DNA of 62,946 nucleotides, the filler included, from Octopus bimaculoides (lineage: Eukaryota), in assembly GCF_001194135.2 (NCBI RefSeq). It is 8 parts of 7 records of this genome, joined end to end, with 100 filler letters (N's around TTAATTAATTAA, not from the genome) between each part and the next. Parts side by side here need not be neighbours in the genome. Positions count along the whole stretch, not along the records: positions 43,212 to 53,799 come from NC_068992.1; positions 53,900 to 60,695 come from NC_068996.1; positions 60,796 to 62,946 come from NC_068981.1; 5 more parts are not named here. One strand, written 5' to 3'. The position numbers and the translations under genes are program-made. The notes under the pieces are model-generated. The model was not told the DNA's origin. It was given only the letters and a program-made list of their open reading frames with translations, and ran no database searches. Positions 50,192 to 62,946 of this stretch are shown in pieces. Each line of letters starts with the position of its first letter. The stretch's first letter is position 1.

Positions 50192-50504
50192 CTGAACTCA
50201 TATTCAACATTTAAACTGAGCATGGATTAAGTAAGGTTGGGTTGATGGTGGGGAGAGAGAAACCATTTTTGTAATAAACCTTATTTGGAATTGAATTAAC
50301 TATTTGAAAACTGTGTTATTCCTTATTTAATTGTAGCAACTTCGGGCGAGAGGAGAATAAAAATAAATATTTTGACAGAATAAACAAACAAATAAATAAG
50401 TGAATCAATATAAACCTTAATACTAAATAAAATAACGGATAGGAACTTCGAAGGAAGCTGAACTTAATTTCACTGCATTCCACATCGTCGCCATGTTTGT
50501 TGCT

Positions 50505-51055
50505 CTAATCTGTAGTGATGGTGTTGGTGGTGGTGGTGGTGGGGTTTGCAATAGTGGTAGAGTGGTGATTGTGAGGGTGACATTGGAGGTGTGAGTGTTT
50601 TAGTGGTGATGGTGGTGTTGGTGGTGGTAGTGGTGTTGGTGATAGTGTTGGTAGTGGTGTTGGTGGTGGTAGTGGTGGTGGTGGTGGTAGTGTTAGTGGT
50701 AGTGTTGATTCTGATGGTGTGGTGATGGTGGAGATGATAGTGGAGGTAGTGGTGGTGGTGGTGGAAGTGTTTGTGTGATGGTGGTAATGGTGGGGATGCA
50801 CATGGTAGTTGCGGTTGTGGTGATGATGATGGCGGTGGTGGTGATGGTAGTAGCGGTGATGATGCTGGTGGTAGCAGCGGTGATGAGGTTGGTGGTAGGG
50901 GTTTTGGTGGTGTTTGAGGTGGTGGTGATGTTTGAGGTGGTGGTGGTGGTGGTGGTGTTTGAGGTGGTGGTGGTGTTTGAGGTGGTGGTGGTGTTTGAGT
51001 TGGTGGTGTTGATGATGGTGATGGTGGTAGTGGTAGTGGTGTTGATGGTGCACCT
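50505..51055. repeat. (GGT)n-rich low-complexity tract with gtgtttgaggtggtg units
   Basis: Seen directly; about six related units at 50910-51005. Confidence 0.9.
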
Positions 51056-51253
51056 CCTCATCATTTGTTCTTGTATGCTGCAGTCTGTTCTTTTTCTCTT
51101 GTAAATCTTTCTCTTGTAAATTGTTTTTTTAAGTTAACACCAAACAAGATGAGAACAAATATCCGTCAAATGTAAATAATGTAAATAATGTAAGTAATGT
51201 ACATAATTCCTCATCGCTTAAATATCGAACTGTAATATCTATTGCACAATAAT

Positions 51254-51656
51254 CTTTTATCCTTCTCGTTTCACTCATTAGACTGCGGCCATGCTGGGGT
51301 GTCGCTTTGAAGAAGTTTTACTTAAATGAATCAATCCCAGTACTTAATTGTGTTTTAAAGTCTGTTACTGGTTCCATCGTTTTTTGTTATTTTATTTATT
51401 TATTTATTTATTTATTTTGCTGAACCGGCAAAGTTTTGCCGAACCGCAAAACAAACCAACACCGGTTGTCAAGCAGTGAATGGAGACAAATACAAAAGCT
51501 TACAACTATATACGGTTTCCGTCTCCCAAATCCATTCATAAGGTTTTTGTCGGCCCGAGGTTATAGTAGAAGATGTTTGTCGAAGGTGCCACGCTGTGGG
51601 ACCGAACGTGCAACCTTGTGGCTTGGAAGCAAACATCTTACCATATGGCCACGCCT
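51254..51656 (-). mobile_element. SINE family A, full length, decayed
   Basis: gtttcactcattagactgcggccatgctggg...ggtttccgtctcccaaatcc...ggtgccacgctgtgggaccgaac. Confidence 0.85.
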
Positions 51657-51932
51657 TTTATTAATAATCCTCATAAGATACAGTGCCGAGTGTTTCGTGC
51701 ATTGGCACTTCGACCCTTGAGTCACTCTGTAACTTATACCGATTATCAGTAGAAAACAAAACATTTGCACGTCGACGTTGTCGATATACAAACCTGGCAA
51801 GTTTAGCTTTCTCTGTGGACAGAAAACAATGACTGACAAGCTCTATCGATTTTTCGAGCCTTAGTGGTTCTTGTTTTGATTTCTGTTTTCCTGTTTGCAT
51901 CACCAAACTTATAATATTATCATGTATATTAT

Positions 51933-52120
51933 AGTTAGCGTGCCGGATAAAATGTTTAGTAGCATTCTGTCCGTCTTAATGGTCTATGTTTAAATTCCGC
52001 CGAAGTTGACATTGTCTTTCATCCTTTCGGGGTCGATAAAATAAGGACCAGTTAAGCGCTGGGATCGATGCTCCCCACTGAAATTCGGCCCATGTGCATA
52101 TAATAGAAAGAATTATTAAG
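51933..52120 (+). mobile_element. SINE family B
   Basis: aaattccgccgaagttgac...catcctttcggggtcgataaaataag. Confidence 0.8.
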
Positions 52121-52193
52121 AATATCAGGATGTGTTCTTGAATTACGAACTGGGAGTCCGAAATTGTAAGACATAATATTATTAATGAAACAT

Positions 52194-52413
52194 AAAGCAG
52201 CGAGAGAGCAGAATCGTTAGCCCGCCGGACAAAATGTTTCGTGGCTTTTCGTCCGTCTTTACGTTCTGAGTTCAAATTCTACCCAGGTCGTCTTTACTTT
52301 TTATCCTTTCGGAGTCGATAAAATAAGTTCCAGTTGCGTACTGGGGTCGATCAAATCGACTTACTCACTCCCCCAAAGTTGCTGGCCTTGTGCCAAAATT
52401 TGAAATCAATATC
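52194..52413 (+). mobile_element. SINE family B with TSD
   Basis: 10-bp TSD aatgaaacat at 52184-52193 and 52414-52423. Confidence 0.9.
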
Positions 52414-53452
52414 AATGAAACATGTTATTGTGTTGGGTTTTTAACAGCCTTAACTATGGAGTGACGTCGAAGACATAAAAGAAATAACGTAATGACACAA
52501 GTTCTAGAGTTACGCTTTAAACAACACTAACTATGGAACGAAATAAACATCTAAATCTTTAGCATAATGGAATAATGGAATAATATAAAGTAGATGTATA
52601 AATGTATGTGTGAATATAGAAATACGAACGATTATAGAACTCGGAATTTATGTGAGTTTCGCGTGGGATTGTTATCGCGAAAACATTGGCTACTTTTAAT
52701 CCACAAATACTTCAGCTTCATTAGTTGATGCGTAGAAAGTTAAAGTACGATAAATATCTAAATATTTGTATACACACACATACACACACGCATGCGCACA
52801 TACGCACACACACACATTCTACAAGCATCTGCAATATAGCCAGCCAGTTATGTGACAAATACCATACCATCGAGTTTGATTTGAGCCAACGGGAAAGTGC
52901 TTGGATTCAAAGTGAAACCCTGAGCCAATGAGGGTTCCTCTTCGTAGTCGCTCGACCTGTTACAACTAATAACGAAATTCGCCCTGAAATCTTAAGAAAA
53001 GAAAAGGTGTTTTGGATAACCTTCGACCATTCTCCTAAAACGACTGACCTTTCGTGGCTGGGATTGCTTCCATCAGAAGACTGTACACTCATCGTTGGCC
53101 TCGAGCTCAAGCGACAACAACGGCAACAATAACCACTTGGTCATAATCAAACTGTTTCCTTCACTCGGCTTTTTCTACTTCCCCATCATCTTCTCATCTC
53201 TTCTACCCAACCCCATTTCATGCGCCCTTTTTTTTTCCCACTTACATCACATGGCGTAAGTTATAGTCAAAACTGTCAGTCCGATCCTTCCTACCCATAT
53301 TTGCACCTTCTGAAACTCGCTACAAGTATATATTTACCTTGAGGTGAACAGCCTTGAAACGCTCAGAATGAAAGTCCACAATGTAGAATAATCAGCCAGT
53401 CTAGGGTGGCCAATAAAGAGCTGAGACAATGCTTCTCGTCTTCTGTCTAAAT

Positions 53453-53771
53453 CAGGGGTTCTCAACCATTTTTTTCCTGTGGACCCCTTTGATTCCTATT
53501 TAATTGGATGGACCCCCCCCCCCAACCATAGCCATTCGATGTTTTGAAAATCCTATTATTATATTTCTATAATTAAATATTATCAGGACTTGTATAAGAA
53601 TTATTAAGATATTTTGTGTATCGTGGACTTTACTGGTCTGTAGTACATTTTTTTTTATTGCTCCCTCAAACATCACTGTAGTCCCCTAATTTACTATACT
53701 GTATTCGTGGACTCCCACAAATTTTATATGGTCCTACAGGGTCCATATGAACCTCCGGTTGATAAGCCCCG
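53453..53771. mobile_element. hAT (Charlie-like) MITE
   Basis: TIR CAGGGGTTCTCAACC / GGTTGATAAGCCCCG. 8-bp TSD gtctaaat / gtctaaag. Confidence 0.85.
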
Positions 53772-54054
53772 GTCTAAAGAATAGTTTCAGATTTCGATAN
53801 NNNNNNNNNNNNNNNNNNNNNNNNNNNNNNNNNNNNNNNNNNNTTAATTAATTAANNNNNNNNNNNNNNNNNNNNNNNNNNNNNNNNNNNNNNNNNNNNG
53901 ATCCTATCATTAATGGTGGAGGTGTAATTAAAATTATACATTTATATAAATGAACTGGCACTGTTCAAGAAAACAAAAACTGTATTGTGCTTGCTGTTAG
54001 AAAAGAAATAACATATTTTACATGCATACATACATACTCAAAAAATTAAAACAG

Positions 54055-54205
54055 CAACCAGATCAAAATACAACTGGCTACATATTGTGAGGCACAACAA
54101 GGCAAAATAAGCTCCATTGTGGAAATCAATTGCCCTCTGGACTCTAATATGGTCAGAGAAATACAAGAGAAAGAGAACACGTATAGACCATCGACAAGAA
54201 GTTTC
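54055..54205 (+). mobile_element. RLE-LINE fragment
   Basis: SIVEINCPLDSNMVREIQEKENTYRP. Confidence 0.7.
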
Positions 54206-54803
54206 CAAAACCAAGATTTGCATTTCGCCCGAAAACAGATAGCTGATGGGTGGCCGAAGTGGGGAAGGGGTATTCAGTATTTCTTTGCGAAAAATTAAAT
54301 TTTCAAAAATATTTCCCACATTTGTAATCTCTGTATTTTTTCACAAGCATAAAAAACAAAATTCAAAAAACAGTTAAAAATTAGGAAATTTCGGCAGGAA
54401 GCAGGGAAATTATGATTTTGAAAACAAGATTCCTGGCCAGAATCATATTAACCCCTTTTTATTCAATAAAACAGTACACAGTTTTGATCCTTCTTAAGAA
54501 CATAAATCACTTTCATACAAACTGTATCCTCCCCACTTCACTTCTGGACAGACAATAACTTCCATTACACCAGTAATCCATTCCACTATATATCAGCTAA
54601 CAGAATGCATTACACTTATCACCACAGAACAGAGCCAAATCATTCACAGTTTACTGCTTCTTCTCATAATAACGCTATACTAATTGACATGAATTTTTCC
54701 ACATCTCTTCATTCGTTACTAAAAATGAAATTATACAATGCACAACTTCAGATTGCTATGTCTTCCATTTTATACGTTGCTCAATCGTTCGCTCTTTTCA
54801 GCC

Positions 54804-56393
54804 ATGCCACAAAAACGAAGACATTCTCATTTATCTTCAAAAACAAGGGCCGCAAAGGAAACTGCCTCTATTTGTGCTCAAGGAAACACACTTCAGCGAT
54901 GCCCAGATGTGAAATATTTCAAAACGACCACCAGCGGCGGAAATTCTTCTCCGAACTAAACTTATTATCTGGGATGAATGCACGATGGCACACTGTGGTG
55001 TACTAGAAGCCCAAGATAGATCATTAAGGGATATTAGAAACAATACTACGGTTATGGTGGAGGTGGCTTAATTGTTGTCCTTGCAGAGGATTTCCGTCGA
55101 ATATTACTAGTCATACCACGGGATACGTGAGCTGATGAGATCTATGCGTGTCTGAAGTCTTCACCTCTGGAGGTTTAATCGTCAGCTTTCATTAAAGAAG
55201 AATATACGAGCTCATTTTTACAATGACCCCTTAGCTGAGGAATTCTATCATCAAATTCTACAAATTGGGAATGACTCCTTACCATTTAATAACTCTCTGC
55301 AACAGCATGTACTGCAATGTGGGCACATGGTGTCTACATTGGCCGAGCTTAAGGAAAATATATTTCCCACATTACAAGACTTCAAAAACATAGCATAGTT
55401 CACAAAGAGAGCTATTTTAGCACCTCGGAATGAAAGCGTTAATAAAATAATCTATGAACTCCTCCACATTTTACCTGGAGATGCTTCAATGTTTGTCTAC
55501 ATTGATACTATCATCGACGAATATGCCACTGTTGAGTATCCAGTTAAATTTCTCAACTCTCCACAACCCACAGGACTGCCACTGCATAAGTTGTTCCTAA
55601 AGAAAGGTGCACCTACCATGCTTTTAGAGAAATTTGGACCCACCATGACTATGCAATAGTACAAGATTGACTGTAAATACAATGACAAGCCATGTCCTAG
55701 AAGCAACCTTTACTGGCGGCTGCCATCGACGAGAGATCGCATACATTCTACGCATTCCCTTTATTCCCTCAAATGTGCCATTTCAATTTAAGTGCCTCCA
55801 GTTGCCAGTGTGATTGTGCTTCGCTATGACAAACAACAAAGCCCAGGATCAACCTTCAAAAATTGTGGGTCTCAGTTTACAAATACCCTGCTTTTCTTAT
55901 GGACATGTCATATGCTCTCGAGTTAGCATTGCATATGACTTGTATATTTATTCTATCAACACTGGACTTACGCAAAACATAGTTTACCCAGAAGCATTGT
56001 CAGCTTCACTTAACATATGTTGAAGTGTGCAGGCTGCCCAAACATTACTGAGATGATGCTTTTCACAATAAAGCAGCTTTCTTTCTATGTACCTTACTTT
56101 CTGCAATACAGACACGTCTACATCCTAATATTTCCTCCAATTCTTTACATCCGTAAGTCTTGGTCATTTTGGAGACAATGTTAGGATTTCATTTTAATCT
56201 AAGCTGCCATTCTACATGTTTTTGTGTCAACATTTTCAGCATTGTTCATCACAAAATGACTGGAAAACATGTTTATAAAGAAGAGTTGTTTACTTCACAC
56301 TCCTCGTGTGCCGATTCTTCCCATAAGAAAGAAACAAATAAAACAATTTGGCTGTTGGTCATAACACCTTGGCAACGTCAGGATGCACTGCAA

Positions 56394-56394
<1 letters not shown>
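54804..56394 (+). mobile_element. Internally deleted, decayed Helitron with PIF1-family helicase relic
   Basis: Frameshifted motifs: AEILLRTKLIIWDECTMAH (Walker B), LAEDFRR, CLKSSPLW, RAILAPRNESV, FLNSPQPTGLPLHKL, FAMTNNKAQDQ, FSYGH..CSRV, TQNIVYPEAL (to about 56000). 3' end ggcaacgtcagg...CAAG|T at 56394. Confidence 0.92.
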
Positions 56395-56435
<41 letters not shown>

Positions 56436-56574
56436 NNNNNNNNNNNNNNNNNNNNNNNNNNNNNNNNNNNNNNNNNNNNNNNNNNNNNNNNNNNNNNNNN
56501 NNNNNNNNNNNNNNNNNNNNNNNNNNNNNNNNNNNNNNNNNNNNNNNNNNNNNNNNNNNNNNNNNNNNNNNNNN

Positions 56575-56621
<47 letters not shown>

Positions 56622-56868
56622 TATGTGTGTATGTATCACTAAAACTCGAGAATTACCCAACCGATTTCATTCGAAATTTACACATGCCTTACGTAGGGTC
56701 CATGCAGTGTTATGGGCCTAAAAAAGTTTTCAACTTCTTGCTTAATGCGAGCCTGGAAATCATTTATAGTATTTCAGTATTACATGTCAAAAGTGAAAGA
56801 ATAACATCTCTATTGTAATGTGATATACTTTCAGTTTAATACTTTCACTATTAATATTGAAACTATTA

Positions 56869-56903
<35 letters not shown>

Positions 56904-56999
56904 TCTGATGTCTGTGTTGTTGCCAGTGATGTCCACCTTGTTTCCATTTGCTGTGATGGTCTTGTGTATTGAGGATAGTCCCATCTGTGCGATTGATGT

Positions 57000-57600
57000 A
57001 GCCAGGTCAGCTGCTGTACAATCTTTTGTGCTATGCTCAGAAAAGAATGTTGTTCAGCAGTTGTACCTCCCCCTCCATGCCAGCATACACCTTTCAGGTA
57101 GAATTTACATATTTATGCATGCTGTCTCTTTTTAACCTTTCTGTTGTATGGGCATCAGACATGTTTCTTTCTTCAGTTGTTTCATCTCTTGTTTTTGCTC
57201 CTTTTGCTTGTTCTTTCTTGACTCTTTCACTTCCTTGCTTTTTCATTTTGGTAATGGTAGGGGCACTTGCACTTAGGGTTTTCTTTCCTGGCAGGTTTCT
57301 CTCTTATACTTCTTTTCCTTGAGTATCTACCAAATAGGGGGAATGTTTTTTACCTATATCCATGCCTCCATCCTTGTCATGAGGGTATCAACAGTGCTGC
57401 TGGGGGATCTTATGAGAGTGTATAAGCATATAAACTTCTACATTTTTCGTTCTGTCTGTGCTAAAGTTCTTGAGTTACCACTACCCTTCAGTGTTGCTGT
57501 GATGATATTTTTGGGTTATCTCCTTCAGCACAATGCCAGGTTCTCAAAAACATCATCAGTTCCATGCTCCTCCAGTTTCTGTACATCCTTTCTGTTTTTT
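57000..57600 (-). mobile_element. Possible decayed LINE ORF1 with a CCCH-type zinc finger
   Basis: Minus-strand ICKFYLKGVCWHGGG near 57070-57115, preceded by K/E-rich low-complexity coding-like sequence. Broken frames. Confidence 0.4.
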
Positions 57601-57871
57601 TTAAATTTTTATTTAACAGTGTGATGGAGGGTAGTGAAGAAATAGAGAAAGAAAGTGTGAGAGAGAGTGTGTGTCTATATATTTAGAGACATTGAGAGGC
57701 TGAGAGAAGAGGGGAACAGAAAGACTAAGAGAGAGGTTGAGAGAAGAATGATGGTGTGATGGAGATAAGTGAGAAGACAGAGAGAAAGAAATAGAGGGAG
57801 TATGTGTTTATAATAGAGATTGAGCAGCTGACTGAAGAAAGACTGTGTTGGAGAGAAGGGGAGAAAAGAAA

Positions 57872-57923
<52 letters not shown>

Positions 57924-58750
57924 TTTATTTATTTAGGGAGATTGGAGGGCTGAGAGAAGGACAGTGTGATGGAGAGAAGTAAAGAGAAAGAGTGAGTGTG
58001 CGTGTATGTCTATGTATTTATAGAGAGAAGAAATAGAGAGAGAAACAGAGAAGTGAGAAAGAGAGAGGGAGAGCTAGAGAGAAATAAAGGAATGAAGTGA
58101 TGGCTGTCTGATTTGCATAGCAAAGATGAATTCACAAGACTGAGATTCAAAATGAAAGATGGCCAAATTGATTTGGATAGGGAATACAAGTAAATAAATA
58201 AATATGTGCCTATCTTTGACTACGGAAAGGACGCTACATTAGGAATAATGAAATTTAAGCCTATGTACAATAATCAATAAGCTTGTAAGTCAAAAAGCAA
58301 GACGCGTAAATTATAACTTTCTACTTTCGTCTTAAAATAGCTTTCAATAAATGAATGACAGAAAATGCACAAAAGATACTTAACCAGTTTTTCCTAAGAG
58401 ACAGATACTTTCAGAGCAGTGGAAGATTTAGAACTTCTATTCAAGTACCATGTGCTGCTTAATACAATATAATGTTTACGCTTCATGTATTCATATAGGA
58501 TTTTTTTCTTCTATATATTTCAATTGGTATTTCTTTCAATGTGTTGTGTTTCACTCAGGAATTATTCAGTGTGATTTTTTACAATTAAAAATCACAGTTA
58601 CTTTAGAAATTTCGTAAAATCGAGATGTTGCTATATGCAATGTGTGTGTGTGTGCATGTATATATATATTTGAAGAAAAGCAACAAAAATTCAATAGGTT
58701 ATAGCAGTACGTACGTTTCGTACAAAGTTCATTTATTTATGTAGTGAGAA

Positions 58751-59036
58751 CACTACATAAAATGTACAATGAAAATGTACTCCTCAGTTGCATAATGGAA
58801 GTTCATTTTAGAAAGACATTTTGTAGTTGTGTGCAAAACCAAGAGTAGGAGAAGAAGAAAATACCATCATGACTGGGCTGTTAATCAACAGTCTAGTGTT
58901 GATTAACAGCCCAGTCAAGATGGTATTTTCTTCTTCTCCTCCTCTCGGTTTTGCACACAACTACAAAATGTCTTTCTAAAATGAACTTCCATTATGCAGC
59001 TGAGGAGTACATTTTCATTGTACATTTTATGTAGTG
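58751..59036. repeat. Long palindrome: 140-bp arms, 6-nt spacer
   Basis: 58751-58890 versus the reverse complement of 58897-59036: 136 of 140 identical, no indels; spacer gtctag. Confidence 0.97.
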
Positions 59037-59594
59037 NNNNNNNNNNNNNNNNNNNNNNNNNNNNNNNNNNNNNNNNNNNNNNNNNNNNNNNNNNNNNNNN
59101 NNNNNNNNNNNNNNNNNNNNNNNNNNNNNNNNNNNNNNNNNNNNNNNNNNNNNNNNNNNNNNNNNNNNNNNNNNNNNNNNNNNNNNNNNNNNNNNNNNNN
59201 NNNNNNNNNNNNNNNNNNNNNNNNNNNNNNNNNNNNNNNNNNNNNNNNNNNNNNNNNNNNNNNNNNNNNNNNNNNNNNNNNNNNNNNNNNNNNNNNNNNN
59301 NNNNNNNNNNNNNNNNNNNNNNNNNNNNNNNNNNNNNNNNNNNNNNNNNNNNNNNNNNNNNNNNNNNNNNNNNNNNNNNNNNNNNNNNNNNNNNNNNNNN
59401 NNNNNNNNNNNNNNNNNNNNNNNNNNNNNNNNNNNNNNNNNNNNNNNNNNNNNNNNNNNNNNNNNNNNNNNNNNNNNNNNNNNNNNNNNNNNNNNNNNNN
59501 NNNNNNNNNNNNNNNNNNNNNNNNNNNNNNNNNNNNNNNNNNNNNNNNNNNNNNNNNNNNNNNNNTCTCTCTCTCTATCTCTCTCTCTCTCTCT

Positions 59595-60695
59595 GAATCA
59601 CCACTTTCTTCCACCACTTCCTCTTCGACTCGCACGCGAACCCAAACATATAACCAGTTCACTTCCCAACTTCATCCCAATTCATATTGGAATTTCTATG
59701 CTGAGAGAACCCACGACAAAGCTCACTTAGCCCGCGGTAGCCCACCCTCCCACCTTCTCCACCAGTACCGGAAGTTTCAGATCATCTTCCGCGAACACTG
59801 CCAGTGACCTTATATCCCACCTCTTATCGACCTTATAGCGCATAAAGATTGGGTAGTACAAGAAGGTTGTAGGTATTGTTTTGTTTATGAATTCTGCCAA
59901 ATGCAAGCTTTCTTTTCAGGTTCACGACACTGCTTACCCCCATCCCAGGGTCACACGGGCCCACTCCTCTGACACCCACTCCTCCCACACTGTCAGGATT
60001 GGCGCTTTCAACGTCGGCACGCTGAAAGGTAGGTCTGGTGAGATTGTTGAGATGCTTGAAAGGCGACGCGTAGATCTGTGCTGCATCCAAGAAGTAAGAT
60101 GGAGAGGAGGTTCTGCGAGGTTCCTCACAGGCAAAGAACACAGGTACAAGATTTTCTGAGCAGGAAACACTGTCGGGGCCGGGGGCGTAGGAATACTTCT
60201 AGCAGAGAAATGGGTTGATAAGGTAATCGAGGTAGTTAGAGTATGTGACAGAGTACTTAAGATTAGACTAGTGCTTCATCATAGGCTAGCTACTGTCATC
60301 TCAGCTTATGCCCCTCAACCGGAGCTACCGGATGGTCTGAAAGACCAATTCTATGACAACCTCTTGCAAACTACCTCGTCGACAAGAAACAGGGACCTTC
60401 TCTTTGTGGCTGGTGACTAAAATGGTCATGTCGGACGTCGTGCTGGAGGCTTCCATGGCATACATGAAGGCTATGGCTACGGTTCCCGCAAAGAGGAGGG
60501 AACCAGACTGCTGGAGTTCTGTGATGCAACCGATCTTATGGTTTGCTATACCAACTTCAGGAAACCTGCCTGTCACCTAGTCACCTACCGATCCGGCAGA
60601 CACTCTAGCCAAATCGACTACATCCTCACCAGAAATAGAGAAAGAGGGAGTCTTATAAATGCCAAAACCCTCCCTGGCGAAGAATGTACACCCCA
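59595..60695 (+). mobile_element. RTE-clade LINE 5' part with AP endonuclease domain, two premature stops
   Basis: Single frame: RIGAFNVGTLKG...DLCCIQEVRW...YKIF*(60157) AGN...GVGILL...TVISAYAPQ...VAGD*(60418) NGHVG...EGTRLLEFCD...SQIDYIL. Confidence 0.93.
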
Positions 60696-60795
60696 NNNNN
60701 NNNNNNNNNNNNNNNNNNNNNNNNNNNNNNNNNNNNNNNTTAATTAATTAANNNNNNNNNNNNNNNNNNNNNNNNNNNNNNNNNNNNNNNNNNNN

Positions 60796-60950
60796 CTCAA
60801 GTCTTTGGTCCTCACGGTGCAGAACATTGGCAAACTTTTTCTTATCTGCTTCCCCTCTGGCTAAATAAACCTGTCGCCTAGCTTCCCTTCTGGCAGATTG
60901 ATACAATTCCCTGCTACCACCGTTCTTCCAGTCCTTCCAAGCCTGTTTCT
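60796..60950 (-). mobile_element. RTE-clade LINE EN-RT linker fragment, opposite orientation
   Basis: KKQAWKDWKNGGSRELYQSARREARRQVYLARGEADKKKFANV. Confidence 0.85.
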
Positions 60951-61334
60951 TTGGGTCGAGAGGGGACTTTACACCAGCCACAGATCTGGTCGGTGGCTCT
61001 CAACAGGTTGTCCCGCAGAAATCTCCAATTGTCTTCCACATTGTATGATGCTATATCTCATATATATATGTATGTATGTATGTAAGTGTATGTGTGTGTC
61101 TTTGTCTCTGTGTTTCTCCCTCATCACTGCTTCACAACTGCTGTTTGTTTATTTACATCCTCATAACATACTGGTTTCATAAGAAGAAACTGATAAAATA
61201 AATACCAGGCTTATCAAAATAACAAAAAACACTAGGCAGTGTCTCTTTTTTTTCTTTGTCCACACAGTTGTATCTATCAATCTATCTTTTTGTTTGTGTG
61301 TGTGTATATATATAAATATATATATATATATAAT

Positions 61335-61365
<31 letters not shown>

Positions 61366-61389
61366 TGTATGTATATGTATATATTCATA

Positions 61390-62400
61390 TCTATTATATA
61401 AAAGTCAGTGGAGACGCAATGGCCCAGTGGTTAGGGCAGCAGACTCGCGGTCATAGGATCGCGGTTTCGATTCCCAGACCTGCCACAAGGCTCCGGCAGG
61501 GGATGATGGCGAACCCTGCTGTACTCTTTCACCACAACTTTCTCTCACTCTTACTTCCTGTTTCTGTTGTGCCTGTAATTCAAAGGGTCAGCCTTGTCAC
61601 ACTGTGTCATGCTGAATATCCCCGAGAACTATGTTAAGGGTACATGTGTCTGTGGAGTGCTAAGCCACTTGCACGTTAATTTCACGTGCAGGCTGTTCCG
61701 TTGATTGGATCAACTGGAACCCTCGACTTCGTAAGCGACGGAGTGCCGACAACATATATAAAAGTCAATGTCTTTATGTACGTTTGTGTGTTACTTATAC
61801 ATTCGAAAACAACTGCACTGATCCTAATGAAATTTGGAACACAAAATCCAAGCCTAGGGAGAAGGGTAATGCTGTGTGTTTCATACAATTTCATAGACCA
61901 AAATTACTGAATGCATCCTTATGATATTTGGAACTTAGATTCAATACATAAGGGCAGGTACAATGCAGTATGTTTGGTTTGAATTTGAGCAGAACTCCCA
62001 TGAAAATTCATACATTTTCGATGTTGAAGAAATTTAAACCATAGGTAATTGACACACATCAAGATGTATTCTCAAACTTTCCGCTTCTCATTAGGATTCT
62101 AAGACCCCCTAATGGGTCCTTAACTTCCAAATTTTAGTCATTTTTTGTGATCCATAACTAGGTCAAAAGTACTGAATGGATCTTTACAAAATTGGGTAAT
62201 TCTATTCTATGCATAAGGGCCATAACCCCCATGAAAATTCATATATTTTTGCTGTTGATGAAATTTTAACCATAGATATTAGACACAAATGAAGTAATAT
62301 TTCTAAAATTTTATCTTCTTAGAAGTTAAAAAGACCTCTTCATTGGGACTTAACACTCACAATTTAGTCATTTTATCTAAGCAAAGGTGAATACAGTTCT
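61390..62400 (+). mobile_element. Non-autonomous Helitron/DINE-like element with internal repeats of about 230 bp
   Basis: 5' end A|TCTATTATATAAAAGTCA, continuing ATGTCTTTATGTACGTTTG after the SINE is removed. cccatgaaaattcata recurs at 61997 and 62228. Confidence 0.6.
61408..61754 (+). mobile_element. tRNA-derived SINE family D with 13-bp TSD
   Basis: Head gtggagacgcaatggcccagtggttagggcagcagactcgcgg...ggtttcgattccc. TSD tatataaaagtca at 61395-61407 and 61755-61767. Confidence 0.93.
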
Positions 62401-62946
62401 GCTCTTGGAAGCTGTAGGGTCACCTCCATTTTTCCGGAGCAAAATCCTTTTAACAGGTTCCATACGACTGAAATTTTGGAATCTGCGCATAAAGATCAGT
62501 AGCATGGGATACATGTGTCATGATTAGAATTTTTTNNNNNNNNNNNNNNNNNNNNNNNNNNNNNNNNNNNNNNNNNNNNNNNNNNNNNNNNNNNNNNNNN
62601 NNNNNNNNNNNNNNNNNNNNNNNNNNNNNNNNNNNTTATGTATGCATGTATGCTCTTACACATTGATTGGTATGTGTTGTCCAACTCACTATCCGGCAGC
62701 ATCCAATTTTCTAACGGTTTTTTTCAAATGAATCAAGTCATAACCTTATCCATCTATTGTTTTCATAATCGGTCATAATGTCTTACGTTTAAGATGATTC
62801 CCATGCTTTCCCTGATGAGAAGGTTACAATTTTAATATCAAAGATCCCTATGGACCACACAGGTTGTAATCCTTTGAAACATATGTAGGAATAAAGTATG
62901 CAATTATAACATGCGTTTTCTCCAATCCTTAAATTCTTTTATATAT

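Noticed and set aside
50420-50494. Minus-strand ATG in good Kozak context (MATMWNAVK...)
   Set aside because: The frame closes after about 23 codons and has no convincing donor.
50505-51053. His/Thr/Pro-rich 182-aa ORF
   Set aside because: A (CAC)n/(GGT)n low-complexity tract that is open in several frames on both strands.

Overview
Eukaryotic, AT-rich, microsatellite-dense DNA from a fragmented assembly. About 10 kb is N, and seven 100-bp joins contain an artificial TTAATTAATTAA spacer. The tRNA-derived SINE families and the repeat landscape point to an octopod cephalopod, probably Octopus (inference from recalled repeat families, not a database search). I recognise no intact host gene. Nearly all supplied ORFs are microsatellite or N translations, or antisense to transposon remnants. 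The window is a layered transposon graveyard: many SINE copies (my labels A, B, D, E, F, G), decayed RLE-type LINE 3' ends, an RTE endonuclease region, a Penelope-like RT+GIY-YIG element, two mariner remnants, hAT and Tc1/mariner MITEs, and three Helitron-type pieces including a clear PIF1-type helicase relic. I found no convincing new multi-gene system. The best leads are: (1) a Merlin-like MITE with perfect TIRs and TSD whose body is degenerate telomeric repeat, present twice at the same flank; (2) a 140-bp-arm palindrome; (3) hammerhead-ribozyme-like motifs; (4) two RFX X-box matches, one inside a mariner and one beside a candidate spliced gene; (5) a stack of RLE-LINE tails in (AAT)n; (6) modular head/tail swapping among SINEs. 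Many boundaries of decayed elements are approximate.
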